A stretch of DNA of 64,000 nucleotides, from the NCBI GenBank assembly GCA_965207225.1, contig CBDBLV010000005.1, positions 1,920,001 through 1,984,000 on the forward strand, in the 5' to 3' direction. Positions 39,077-48,816 of this stretch are shown here, piece by piece (position 1 is the stretch's first letter; every line of letters starts with the position of its first letter). The notes under the pieces were generated by a model. That model ran no database searches. It was not told the DNA's origin and was given only the letters and a program-made list of their open reading frames with translations. Made by a program: the position numbers and the translations under genes. This DNA comes from Dehalococcoidia bacterium. Lineage in GTDB: Bacteria > Chloroflexota > Dehalococcoidia > Plut-88900.

Positions 39077-40051
39077 ATGACGGATTTACAGGCTCTCAAC
39101 CGCTGCCAGGGTTGTCGTGAATCGGTTGCGTCAAGGTATCCTATGGCCTACAATGGGGATGGAATGCAACTTCCCCCACACGGGGGTCTACGGAGGGTTG
39201 AGATGATACGACAGCGATTGGGTCTATTGGCCGTGCTAGCAGCTGTTGCGGTAATGGGGCTGGCTGTAGCCTGCACCGACGATTCGTCCGCCGTCGAGGA
39301 CGCGATGATGGAAGAGTTGAGCGCCATTAGCGCAACGACGGACCAGCTATCCCAATCGTTGGCACAGGCGCAGTCTGCGGCTGCTGATTCTGACGGAGGC
39401 ATACTGGTGACCGGGGAAGGCCGTCTCAGCGTGGAGCCGGACCTGGCGGTGCTCAACATTGGTATTGAGGCGCAGTCAGAGACGGTCTCTCAGGCGAGAA
39501 CCGATGCGGCTCAGGCAAAGTCGAGGGTTGTGGCAGCCGTCAAGACGCGGGGCCTGTCCGACAAAGACATTCAGACCACGTCGTTCAACATTAGACCGGA
39601 GTACCGGTACGAGGAGATCGAACGAGACGGCAGCTACGTGAGTGAGCGGAAGCTCGTCGGCTATGTCGTCAGCAACTTTGCAATGATCAAGATACGCGAC
39701 CTGGACGCCGTCGGTCCGATCATCGACGATGTGGCGGAGGCCGGGGGAGACCTTGCCAGGATCAACGGAATCAGCTTCACCGTGGAGGACCCGAAGCCCT
39801 TCATGGAGGAACTCCGGAGGGAGGCATTCGAGGAGGCGAAAGCCAAGGCGGAGCAGCTTGCGGGCCTAGCAGGCGTGACGCTTGGCCATGCCCTGTCGAT
39901 AAGCGAGTCCGCCGCGGCGGACGGCTTGCCTGGCTCCGATCTTGATTTCCTGCGCCAGATAGCTGCCTACGACTACGAGAGCAGCCCCATCAGCGGTGGG
40001 GAGACGGAGCTTCGTCTGACGGTCAGAGTACGGTTTGCCCTGGAGCCGTAG
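39077..40051 (+). CDS. SIMPL (DUF541) domain lipoprotein (start probably ~39202)
   Basis: VTGEG...VEPDLAVLNIGI, DIQTTSFNIRPEY, AKAKAEQLA. Confidence 0.85.
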   Translation: MTDLQALNRCQGCRESVASRYPMAYNGDGMQLPPHGGLRRVEMIRQRLGLLAVLAAVAVMGLAVACTDDSSAVEDAMMEELSAISATTDQLSQSLAQAQSAAADSDGGILVTGEGRLSVEPDLAVLNIGIEAQSETVSQARTDAAQAKSRVVAAVKTRGLSDKDIQTTSFNIRPEYRYEEIERDGSYVSERKLVGYVVSNFAMIKIRDLDAVGPIIDDVAEAGGDLARINGISFTVEDPKPFMEELRREAFEEAKAKAEQLAGLAGVTLGHALSISESAAADGLPGSDLDFLRQIAAYDYESSPISGGETELRLTVRVRFALEP

Positions 40052-40390
40052 ATGAACGCAATGGAAGCAAGGACGGCGGCAATGACAAGGACGAAGACCA
40101 AGCGATGGGACCCGTCGGAGCATCTGGAAACCGCAGAGGAGATGGCAGCCTACCTGAGCGCCGCCTTCGAAGAGGACGACGTGCGGCTGATCCTGGCAAC
40201 GCTGGGGGACATCGCCCGCGTCCGGAGGATGGCGGTGGTGGCGCAGGAGACGGGGCTGGGCAGGGAGAGCCTCTACAAGTCGCTGTCCGCCGACGGCAAC
40301 CCGGAGTTCGTCACCATCTTGAAGGTGATGCGCGCCGTGGGACTCAGACTTCAGGTCGCAGTGGTGCCTGGAGCGAACGACGCCGCCTGA
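40052..40390 (+). CDS. Addiction-module antidote HTH protein (orphan)
   Basis: WDPSEHLET.EEMAAYL...GRESLYKSLSADGNPEF; no cognate toxin upstream. Confidence 0.85.
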   Translation: MNAMEARTAAMTRTKTKRWDPSEHLETAEEMAAYLSAAFEEDDVRLILATLGDIARVRRMAVVAQETGLGRESLYKSLSADGNPEFVTILKVMRAVGLRLQVAVVPGANDAA

Positions 40391-40449
40391 GAGCGTCGCA
40401 GTGACGGACGACACGACTGAGGGAACAGACGATTCCAGAGGAGGACGAC

Positions 40450-42114
40450 ATGAAGAAGCAGCACCTACAGCCCCTGACGCCGGCGGCCCTCTACGCCAGG
40501 GTGTCCAGCGACCGCCAAGACGTGGATCTGTCCGTGGCCGCACAGCTTAGGGCGCTCAAAGAGTACGCCAAGGCCAACGGCTACTCCGTGGCCAGGGAGT
40601 ACGTGGACGAGGCCGAGAGCGGCCGGGTCGCCGACCGGCCCCAGTTCCGGGAGATGATCGCAGAAGGCTCCAAGCCCCAGGCTCCTTTTGAGGTGATTTT
40701 GGTCTGGAAGTTTTCAAGGTTCACCCGCAAGCGGGAGCACGCCGTGGCCTTCAAGGCTCAGCTGCGGCGCAAGGGCATCCGCGTGGTGTCCATCACCGAG
40801 CAGGCCGAGGACAACGCCACCGGCAGGCTGCTTGAGGGCATCATCGAGAGCGTGGACGAATACTACAGCGAAAATTTGGCGCAGGAGGTCGTCCGGGGGA
40901 TGCGGGAGGCGGCTTCGAGAGGCTTCTTCCTGGGCTCCAAGGCCCCCTTCGGCTACCGGAAGATCAAGGTGCAGGACGGGGCGAAGGAGCGCCCCTCGCT
41001 GGAGGTTGACCCTGCCACGGCTCCTGTAGTGAAGGAGATATTCGAGAAGTCTCTGAGCGGCCACGGTCTGAAGGAGCTGTGCAAGGAACTGAACGACCGG
41101 GGCGTCACCAACCGGGGGAAGCGCTGGTACAAGGGCGGTCTCCACTACGTGCTGCGGAACGAGGCGTACACCGGAACAGCCGTGTGGGGGCTCAAAGGCA
41201 AGGGAGAGAAGGCCCAGGACCCGGTGAGGGTTGAGGGAGCGTGGCCCGCGCTGATTTCACGGGAGCTGTTCGAGGAGGTCCAGCAGGCGATGAGCGAGCG
41301 CGCCCCGAAGGTGCAGAGGCCCGCCAGGGTGGGAAGCCCGTATCTGTTGAGCGGGCTGCTGAAGTGTGGGGTGTGCGGCAGGCTCTACTCGGCCCAGGGA
41401 GCCAAGAGCGGCCAGTTCGCCTACTACATCTGCGGGACGCTGTTCCGGGAGGGAGCGGGGACGTGCAGCGCCCGCTACCTGAACGCTTCCAGGGTGGAGG
41501 AGTTCGTGGTGGAGAAGATCAGGGAGCGCATCCTCACCGAGGAGACCATCGTGGAGCTGGTGCAGCTTGTGGCGGAGGAGATCGACGCGATGGCCGGTGA
41601 GCTTGCAGGGAGGCTGGAGTCTGTGGAGGCGGAGCTGTCCGACGTGCAGAGGCGTCTGGGGAAGCTCTACGAAGCCATCGAGACGAGCGACCTGACGCTG
41701 GAGGTGCTGTCGCCCCGCATCATGTCCCTGCGGCACCGTGAGGAGCAGTTGGAGGCTGCCAGAGAGGACGCCGAGACCCAGCTTGAGCAGCGGAGAGTCG
41801 ATCTGCCCGACACCGAGGAGATCGCGCGGTACGTGGCGGACTTCCGGGAGTTCCTGAAGGAGGGAACGATACCGGAGCGCAAGGCCCTCATCCGCAACTT
41901 CGTTGAGGGCATCGAGGTGGTGGGAGACGAGGCGACGCTGACGTACACGGTCCCCATGCCGAGCGACGGCGTGACCCGCGAATCGGCGTCGGTTCTTGAT
42001 TTCGTCCAGTCCAGCCCACCATACTTGACGGTAGACAGAACCGGAGCGTGGAGAGCCACCTCCTCAGCGTCCCTTCCCCCTATCGGAGCATCCTCTGGCA
42101 TCGGGATGCTGTAG
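40450..42114 (+). CDS. Large serine recombinase of E2 (C-terminus beyond 42017 is chimeric)
   Basis: YARVSSDRQ, LLSGLLKCGVC; reads through att junction 3. Confidence 0.95.
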   Translation: MKKQHLQPLTPAALYARVSSDRQDVDLSVAAQLRALKEYAKANGYSVAREYVDEAESGRVADRPQFREMIAEGSKPQAPFEVILVWKFSRFTRKREHAVAFKAQLRRKGIRVVSITEQAEDNATGRLLEGIIESVDEYYSENLAQEVVRGMREAASRGFFLGSKAPFGYRKIKVQDGAKERPSLEVDPATAPVVKEIFEKSLSGHGLKELCKELNDRGVTNRGKRWYKGGLHYVLRNEAYTGTAVWGLKGKGEKAQDPVRVEGAWPALISRELFEEVQQAMSERAPKVQRPARVGSPYLLSGLLKCGVCGRLYSAQGAKSGQFAYYICGTLFREGAGTCSARYLNASRVEEFVVEKIRERILTEETIVELVQLVAEEIDAMAGELAGRLESVEAELSDVQRRLGKLYEAIETSDLTLEVLSPRIMSLRHREEQLEAAREDAETQLEQRRVDLPDTEEIARYVADFREFLKEGTIPERKALIRNFVEGIEVVGDEATLTYTVPMPSDGVTRESASVLDFVQSSPPYLTVDRTGAWRATSSASLPPIGASSGIGML

Positions 42115-43601
42115 CGCAGCAGGGCGTTGCCCGGCATCACCACGATCTCCTTCACGAAGCTCTCGATGAAGGCCCTACGCTCGGTGAGCTCGCTCTCGTT
42201 GAGGAACACGCTCAGGTCCCGGGCGTAGGCCGTGATGGTCTCCACGTCGTCCAGCACCTCCCTGCGCTGCGAGAGCATCGCCCTGGCCTCGACCGCCGAT
42301 GCCTCCAGCTTCTCCTGCCGCTCCCTGTGGTCCCGGATGCGGGGCTTGAAGTCCTCGATGTCCAGGTCGGTGGTCTCCGCGAGGTCGTAGAGCCGTCCCA
42401 GCCTGCGCTTCACGTCCTCAAGCTCCGACTCGACGGTCTGAAGCTTCTGGCGCTGCTCCCTGGCGATGCCGTCCATCTCCTCGTCCACCAGCTTCACCAG
42501 TTCCCGGATGTTGGACTCGGTGAGCACGTTCTCCCTGATCTTCCCCACCACCATCTCCTCGAAGCGCCGTGCGTTGAGCCTGGGGGTTTCGCAGGCGTCC
42601 CTGCCACGCTTCATGATGGACTGGCAGACGTAGTAGGCGTACTTCCCGCTCTTGGCGTCCTGGCCGCTGAGTGCCCCGTCGCACGTCCGGCACCGGACCA
42701 TCCCGCTCAGCAGGTAGGTGCTCCCCACACGTCGGGGGTGCGTCTTCCTGGGAGCACGGGAGCGCATCCGCTTGTTCACCCTCTTGAACTGGGCCTTTGA
42801 GATGATGCCGGGGAACGCCTTGTCTACCCTTACCGGTTCATCCTTGCTCTTCCCGCCGACGCCCCAGAGGAGGGTTCCGGTGTAGGCTTCGTTGCGGAGG
42901 ATGATGTGGACGCCGTTCTTGGACCATAGCCTGCCCGTGGGGTTGGCGATGCCCTCGGCGTTGAGGGTCTGTGTGATGTCCAGGATGCCCCGGCCCGACT
43001 CGGCCATGGAGAAGATGCGCTGGACCACGGGAGCCGTGGCGGGATCGGGTTCCAAGGTGGGCCGCTTCTTGGCCCCGTCCTGCACCATGAGCTTGGCGTA
43101 GCCGTAGGGCACCCTGCTGGCGACCCAGAAGCCTCGTGATGCCGCCTCCCGCATACCCCGCCGAACCTCCTCGGCAAGATTTTCGCTGTAGAATTCGTCG
43201 ACGGACTCGATGATGGCCTCCATGAGCCTGCCGGTGGCGGAGTCGTCGGCGTGTTCGGTGATGGACACCACCCGGACGCCCTTGCGCCGCAGCATGGACT
43301 TGAAGGCGACGGCGTGCTCCCGCTTGCGGGTGAAGCGACTAAATTTCCAGACCAAAATCTCCGTGAACGGTGCCTCGGGCTTGCTGGCCTCGTCCAGCAT
43401 CTTGCGGAACTCCGGCCTGTCGGCGATCCGGCCGCTCTCGGCCTCGTCGATGTACTCCCTCGCCACGACGTAGCCGTTCTTGTCTGCGTAGTCACGCAAT
43501 GCCCGCAGTTGGGCGGCCACGGACAGGTCCACGTCCTGCCGGTCGCTGGACACCCTGGCGTAGAGGGCGACGGGAGTCGGGGTCTCTGTGCGGTTACTCA
43601 T
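41667..43601 (-). CDS. Large serine recombinase of E3 (C-terminus below 42016 is chimeric antisense read-through)
   Basis: YARVSSDRQ, LLSGMVRCRTC; similarity to recombinase 1 ends at VLSTVKYGG, which is the att core. Confidence 0.95.
   Translation of the reverse strand: MSNRTETPTPVALYARVSSDRQDVDLSVAAQLRALRDYADKNGYVVAREYIDEAESGRIADRPEFRKMLDEASKPEAPFTEILVWKFSRFTRKREHAVAFKSMLRRKGVRVVSITEHADDSATGRLMEAIIESVDEFYSENLAEEVRRGMREAASRGFWVASRVPYGYAKLMVQDGAKKRPTLEPDPATAPVVQRIFSMAESGRGILDITQTLNAEGIANPTGRLWSKNGVHIILRNEAYTGTLLWGVGGKSKDEPVRVDKAFPGIISKAQFKRVNKRMRSRAPRKTHPRRVGSTYLLSGMVRCRTCDGALSGQDAKSGKYAYYVCQSIMKRGRDACETPRLNARRFEEMVVGKIRENVLTESNIRELVKLVDEEMDGIAREQRQKLQTVESELEDVKRRLGRLYDLAETTDLDIEDFKPRIRDHRERQEKLEASAVEARAMLSQRREVLDDVETITAYARDLSVFLNESELTERRAFIESFVKEIVVMPGNALLRYSIPMPEDAPIGGRDAEEVALHAPVLSTVKYGGLDWTKSRTDADSRVTPSLGMGTVYVSVASSPTTSMPSTKLRMRALRSGIVPSFRNSRKSATYRAISSVSGRSTLRCSSWVSASSLAASNCSSRCRRDMMRGDSTSSVRSLVSMAS
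41991..42042 (+). other. att junction 3 (E2|E3), central CC at 42016-42017
   Basis: ggttcttgatttcgtccagtccagc CC accatacttgacggtagacagaacc, at the exact point where two convergent recombinase genes meet. Confidence 0.88.
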
Positions 43602-43619
43602 GCTCGTCCTCCTCGTGGT

Positions 43620-43826
43620 TCATTCCTCTTCGTTCCTACGTGAGCGCCGTCGCTGCATCCGCTCCTCTATGCGCCACTCCCGCTCCTCCATGTAAAGGCG
43701 GATGGCCTCGCGGAGCAACTCACTCACGGTGCGCTGCTCATCTATCGCTACATCCCGTAGGTGTTGGGCCGTCCCCGGCGGCAGCGAGAAGGTGATGGTG
43801 TCGGTGTTCCTGGATTTGGTGGGCAT
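43620..43826 (-). CDS. RHH/CopG-family DNA-binding protein
   Basis: ITFSLP...EQRTVSELLREAIRLY; directly upstream of the recombinase. Confidence 0.8.
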   Translation of the reverse strand: MPTKSRNTDTITFSLPPGTAQHLRDVAIDEQRTVSELLREAIRLYMEEREWRIEERMQRRRSRRNEEE

Positions 43827-43869
43827 AGGTCCTTTCGCCTGTCTATCGCACTGAGTCTTACTCTACACT

Positions 43870-44710
43870 ATCGTCCAACTGGCATTCAACCTCCGACCCG
43901 AGGCGGGGGCGTCCGGGGGACCCCATCCAGGGTCTTCGAAAATCAAGGCGGTCGGCGCAGTCCAGGGGGTGTACACGAGTTTAGGTTTTGTCGGTGATGC
44001 ATCAAACGGGTCGTGGGCAAGCTGGAACTGGGGCAAATCGGCCTCCTATAGGGATAATCAGTGAACACTTTGATGAAAGTCCCAAGTTCGGTTGGAAATG
44101 ACAGAAAGGTGCTTGAGGTGGGGGTGCATGACGCGGTGCCATAGTGTCCCCCCATGACAAAACGGAGCAAAAGAGGCGCTTGAGGTGGGGGTGCGTGACG
44201 TCGACCGGATCGGCATATGGAGGCGGTTTTTCGTATCCCTGAAGACTATGGCGCATCCGTGATCCGGGGCATGCTGTGGTGACCGGTCAGCCCGTCGAGA
44301 GCGTCCAACAGGTCGAGAAGGTGATGGTCGGCGGTCCCGCCGGTTCTGCAACGAATTGTACTTTTGGGAGCTGTTGGGGGCTGACACGGTGAGTGAGGGG
44401 AATGCCCTTTTGTCCCCTACAGGAAGTCCTGGGAACGGCTCGGTGGGGAAGTTGGAACATGCTCCCGTGGCACGTTGCGGCTGAGTCGGGGTGCTCCGGG
44501 TCGGGCGGCTGTAGGCAGTGACCGTAGCTGGAGAGCTATGGTGGCGGGCGTGCATGACGCAGCGGCGAGAACGGCCTGACCGGTCGGTTCTGCAACGGAT
44601 TGTACTTCTGAGCGCGTAAGGGGAGATATGTGACCGGTCATGTATGCAAGTTGTCCCAGCAAGGCTGCTGGGACAACCCCTATTGGAAGGGTTCGGAACG
44701 GAAACGGCGG
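43870..44710. other. Motif-rich non-coding region, type A (candidate origin)
   Basis: TTGAGGTGGGGGTGCRTGACG at 44113 and 44180; GACCGGTC at 44281, 44578 and 44632. Confidence 0.55.
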
Positions 44711-46756
44711 TCATTCTGTCCTCTGATACGTCACGGAAAGCGGCCTTCTGTGGAGGGAATACGGCGGCGGGAGTATCCAGGCGTCACCCAGGATGCCATG
44801 CTCGGCAAGAGCCTCGACGTTGGAGGTGACGATGGGCACATCGTCCTCTGCGTCGGCGATGTTGAGGAAGGCCGTCTCGGAGGCGGAGGACTCGAAGACG
44901 AACAGCACATGGGGCAGGTGTCCCTTATGGTCTCGCTTTGCCCAACCGCTCATGAAGTAGCGGCGGTAGGACCTCAGGCGTTTGGGGATGCGCTTCGGCG
45001 TGGTGGCTCTCCGCTCGAACTCCAGCAGGAAGGGACGCCATCTGCCGTGGTACTCCAGGGTGAACGATGCGTCGGGGTGGATGACGTAGGTGGTCTCGTC
45101 GTAGCGGTAGCCGATGCTGGAGCGGTGTGTCGGCAGCAGGTCCCACATGTCGTAGTCCTGGGATTTGGCGACCTCGGCGGAGAGGGTCGAGACGAAGCCG
45201 ACCACACCGGCGTGGTGGCGCAGTTGGGACTTCAGGGCGCGCAGGGCCGTCCCTGCGTAGACCGAAGGGTTGGAGTGTGCAGGTTCGGGGCTCCATCTGT
45301 CGAGGGTGAGGCCCACGGCGGCCCGGTCACGGCGGGCCAGGTGCGTCAGCCCCTCGTCGGTGAGCATGAGCAGGGAGTCGTCCTCTCGCACGAGATCGTG
45401 CTCACGGAGGGAGCGGAGCACCTGGTTGACCCGGCGCAGGGTGACGCCGCCCATTAGTCCCCCGAGCTGCTCGCGGGTGCACAGGGGCCATGCGGAGAGC
45501 AGGTCCAGGGCGTCCTTCCCGGCGCCGGTAAGCTTTGTCGAGAGAGCAGACGTAAGCTGCTGAGTAGGCTCCGGCATGGCGGCCTTCACTCTGGAGGAGT
45601 AGAGGTCTTCGAGATCGGGCCTCGGGTTGTCGCGGAAGAACGAATGGGACGAGTCCAGCAGGCGCTCCATCCAAGCCAGGATTTCCGCCAGGGATGTGTC
45701 GGGGTCGATGAGCACGGGAGGGTCCTCCCCCAGGCCGCTGCCGCACTGCTGCCAGACAGCGCCGGTGTGGTCTCCGGCCAGAAGCGCTCCTTCGGTCGCA
45801 ACGAAGGTCCTGCGGTGCTCCGATGGGTCTCCCAATGAGCGAATGGCCCTGCGGGTGGCCTGGTCCGCGTGGGTCAGCACCAGGGTGGCGAAGGGCCTCT
45901 CCCGGCTGGGGAGACGCTCGACGCTTCTGAGGCGGTAGCGCAGGTTGGACGTGGGCAGGGCCGCCCCCTGGCGGACGATGCCGATGGAGCGGCCGCCCGA
46001 CAGGGTGATGAGCGTGTCGTAGGGGCCGCTGCGGTAGTGGTCGACACGCACGGTGTCTTTGTGGGGGTCTGCGTCGGCGATCATGGCGGCGACGCGGTGG
46101 AGGACGGCCACCGCGTCCATGCGCTCGGCCAGCAGCCGGAACCACTGCCTCGACACCGGATACTCGGTGAGGAAGTGGTCCGTGCCGTGCTCGATCCTCC
46201 CTCCGGCGACGATGCCCTGCTTTGTGGGGAAGTACCGTCGTTGGGGGCGGGAGCCGAGCACGCTCAGATGGTGTGGCACGGAGTCCACGAGGCCCCGCCT
46301 GGCGAGCTTGTCGAGGCGTTCTCGCAGGGTGGAGGCGGGAATGCGTCCGAACCGGGCCAACTCCTCCACGGTAGCCAGGGGTGTTGCGCACAGCAACCGC
46401 AGGGCGTCCTCAAGGGCTTCGGACAGGCGGATGGAGCCGGACGCCGAGCCATTCGCTCGCCGCCGGGTCGCCTCCCAGAGACGCGCCTCGACGATCAGAC
46501 CCTCCCTGACCGTCTCCACTTCCTTGACGGTTCGGCCCACGCTGTTCATGAGCGCGCGGGGAATGGCTCGTCCCGTGTGGCCTTGATTGAGGAAGCGCCA
46601 CAGGGTGTGGCGGGACACGCCGAGGTCCCTGGCCGCTCGGTCGCGTCCATGCCACGTAGCGTAGGTGCGTACGTAGTCCCGGACCGCCCCATCGAGGTCC
46701 GCTCCGGCCTGCGCTGCGCCGTTCGACGCTTGTGTTCGTGGATTCGTGACTGCCAA
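44711..46756 (-). CDS. Replic_Relax-like protein, type A
   Basis: Close paralogue of 10383-12425; TTG start assigned by alignment. Confidence 0.75.
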   Translation of the reverse strand: MAVTNPRTQASNGAAQAGADLDGAVRDYVRTYATWHGRDRAARDLGVSRHTLWRFLNQGHTGRAIPRALMNSVGRTVKEVETVREGLIVEARLWEATRRRANGSASGSIRLSEALEDALRLLCATPLATVEELARFGRIPASTLRERLDKLARRGLVDSVPHHLSVLGSRPQRRYFPTKQGIVAGGRIEHGTDHFLTEYPVSRQWFRLLAERMDAVAVLHRVAAMIADADPHKDTVRVDHYRSGPYDTLITLSGGRSIGIVRQGAALPTSNLRYRLRSVERLPSRERPFATLVLTHADQATRRAIRSLGDPSEHRRTFVATEGALLAGDHTGAVWQQCGSGLGEDPPVLIDPDTSLAEILAWMERLLDSSHSFFRDNPRPDLEDLYSSRVKAAMPEPTQQLTSALSTKLTGAGKDALDLLSAWPLCTREQLGGLMGGVTLRRVNQVLRSLREHDLVREDDSLLMLTDEGLTHLARRDRAAVGLTLDRWSPEPAHSNPSVYAGTALRALKSQLRHHAGVVGFVSTLSAEVAKSQDYDMWDLLPTHRSSIGYRYDETTYVIHPDASFTLEYHGRWRPFLLEFERRATTPKRIPKRLRSYRRYFMSGWAKRDHKGHLPHVLFVFESSASETAFLNIADAEDDVPIVTSNVEALAEHGILGDAWILPPPYSLHRRPLSVTYQRTE

Positions 46757-47087
46757 TCCGATGCTCCAGCTTGCTGATGTCCCAACATCCCATCTTGAAC
46801 GGGAAATTGCTCGCATGTAATGCCTTGCAAGCCATTGTTATGGAATGGGTTTTGTGGTAGCGGCCGAGGTCACGGAGGATGTTCACGCTCTCTCAAAGGG
46901 CGCGGGACTCCACTCCGACCGATCCGCCGACCTTGTCTTGGCTTTCCTTGATGGTTGCCGGACAGGGGGCCTCCAATTAAGTCTGGGAATGTTGAGAGGG
47001 CTTGCCAACGCCCTATAACGGGTGTCATGCGCGTCACCTCTAGGCCACCGGATTCCGGTGCCTGCACGAAGTGGTTGAGAAAGCGAC

Positions 47088-47300
47088 TCATCCGCTAGCC
47101 TCCTCTTCTAGCGGTGCCTCTGACGATGCCGAGACGGCTTGGGTGGCTTCCCGTCGTAGGTGGGCGCGGACGATCATCCTGGCCAGGATTCGCAGCCCGC
47201 ATCGCAGTTGCTCCTGCTGCCCAGCCGTGTACGCCACCGCCGATCCGTTCGCGGACGTGGCGGCGCACTCTGACGGTCTCTTTCTATCGGCCCTACTCAT
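47088..47300 (-). CDS. Small conserved backbone protein (GLRILARMIVRAHL motif)
   Basis: Paralogue of 12611-12850; RBS GAGGAG. Confidence 0.65.
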   Translation of the reverse strand: MSRADRKRPSECAATSANGSAVAYTAGQQEQLRCGLRILARMIVRAHLRREATQAVSASSEAPLEEEASG

Positions 47301-47734
47301 CCCGCTCCTCCGTTGTCGGTCTCGGCGGGATTGCAGATTGGCCTCTCCGCCGTCAATGCCGGATATCCGGCGTCCTGAGACCAGTCTGAGGGCCTGAGAG
47401 AGCGAGCGTTATCCCTCGGAGGGGACTACATCGATGTAGTGGGCCTTGCAAGCCCCTTGATGTATCAGCCCCGTGATGGGCCACACGCCTGTGGAGGCCT
47501 ACGTGATGTCAGTGGGCCTTTCACAGGGGAAGTAAACTCGTGCAAGTTGCAGATTCATGCTGGCTCAAAGCTGGAATCGGAAGGGCACGTCTCTCTACCG
47601 GACCAAGACAGCGAACATTTTGTGTCAGCGGCCGGTTGCGAACGGATTCGCAAACCTACCGTAACGGAAACGACGGAGCTTACAGGCGGGGAAATCGGTA
47701 ACCCCAATGCGATCGTGCTAGTCGCGCGGCTGGC

Positions 47735-47976
47735 TCATGTCCTCTTCCAGCGATACCGCAGAGTGTACCCAGGAACACAATCTACTACTAAGAGGCCTCT
47801 CTTCTTGAGAAACTGCTGGGCGTTCTGAACGTCATGCTTCCAGTTCCCCTGACACCATTGAGGTACGCGGGCGTATATACTAGGGGGTATAGATCCTCCG
47901 TTAACAAGCCGTCCTTATGCCTAGTCAGGCTTAGGACATCCAGAACCGCTTTGCGGAATGCCTCGTTCCTTGTCAT
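47735..47976 (-). pseudogene. Frameshifted small winged-helix gene
   Basis: Removing 2 nt from GTATATACG (~47872-47880) joins MTRNEAFRKAVLDVL...LYPLVY to ARVPQWCQGNWKHDVQNAQQFLKKRGLL...RWKRT*. Confidence 0.5.
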
Positions 47977-48074
47977 GTCACCCCCCAAGCCGGTAGCGGC
48001 GATTGATCCGCCTCGCCATTCGAACAGTGTAAGTGATGCAACTGAGATCGGCTATGACCCCTTGCTTCATGCGT

Positions 48075-48650
48075 CTAGCTGTGCTGGTGTGGACACTTGG
48101 TGTAACCTGGTACCGAGTAGACTCCCGCTGGAATGCTGATCTGCTTGCCGACATTGATGTATGGATTGCTCCGCATGGCTTTTTCATCGTTGATGACGAA
48201 GTAGCCATTGGTGTCAAAGAACACCGCCGGGAAACTATCAGGCTTCTGGTACGGTATGCCAGTTTTCGAGAAGTACCCTTTCGCGCAGTTGAGGCCATGT
48301 TCCCTCAAGAGTCGAGGTCCGATTCGTTGGTGAGTGCGTCCCTGTGATTGAGGACCATGAACCGCATTCTCAGGCGTGTTGCGTAAAGTTGGACTATCCT
48401 CCCTAGGTGGCGTAGTGCCCGAGTGTCGCGATTGGTCCAATCCCAACACGATCCTCAGGACGCGGTTCGGAGTACCAGGAGAAAAGAGAGCCAATCCTTC
48501 TTCGGCAGCTCGCTTGGCCAATATCTGTTCAACCTCTCCATCTACTTGGATCGAGATCTCCACTTGCAACCTCCTTGGCATAGGCATGGTTTTACCATAC
48601 CATGCTGTGGGCCAACGAGTCAAGCTCCGCGCCGTTGGTTCACTTAGCAC
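48075..48650 (-). CDS. Hypothetical protein (likely start MPMPRR ~48587)
   Basis: N-terminal RHH-like part; C-terminal FPAVFFDTNGY...IPAGVYSVPGY segment reminiscent of domains fused to HNH nucleases. Confidence 0.5.
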   Translation of the reverse strand: MLSEPTARSLTRWPTAWYGKTMPMPRRLQVEISIQVDGEVEQILAKRAAEEGLALFSPGTPNRVLRIVLGLDQSRHSGTTPPREDSPTLRNTPENAVHGPQSQGRTHQRIGPRLLREHGLNCAKGYFSKTGIPYQKPDSFPAVFFDTNGYFVINDEKAMRSNPYINVGKQISIPAGVYSVPGYTKCPHQHS

Positions 48651-48753
48651 TGGGTTGATCCTAAGCGGTGCCGGGCGATCGGTGAGTCTGTCATCTTCCG
48701 TCGGTGGCGGGATCGAGGAGAGAGGGAACCCTGCTAGGCTGTGAACAGGTGTA

Positions 48754-48787
48754 TTGACTATGTTTCCGTGTTTTCCATATTATGGAA
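48754..48787 (+). promoter_or_regulatory. TA promoter with operator palindrome
   Basis: TTGACT -35 box; ttccata-t-tatggaa palindrome over the -10 region. Confidence 0.55.
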
Positions 48788-48816
48788 CCGAGTAGCCATC
48801 TAGGGGAGGGCCAGCG

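Larger units (their letters stand above)
24386..42017. mobile_element. Integrative element E2 (opposite gene orientation, type B backbone)
   Basis: Joining the ends gives GGTTCTTGATTT...AAATCAAGAACC, a perfect 12-bp terminal inverted repeat. Confidence 0.85.

Noticed and set aside
41667-42015. Extra C-terminal 'domain' of the 644-aa recombinase
   Set aside because: It is the antisense of the E2 recombinase, read through the att junction.
46830-47090. Small ORFs upstream of Replic_Relax A in E3
   Set aside because: Not conserved with the equivalent E1 region.
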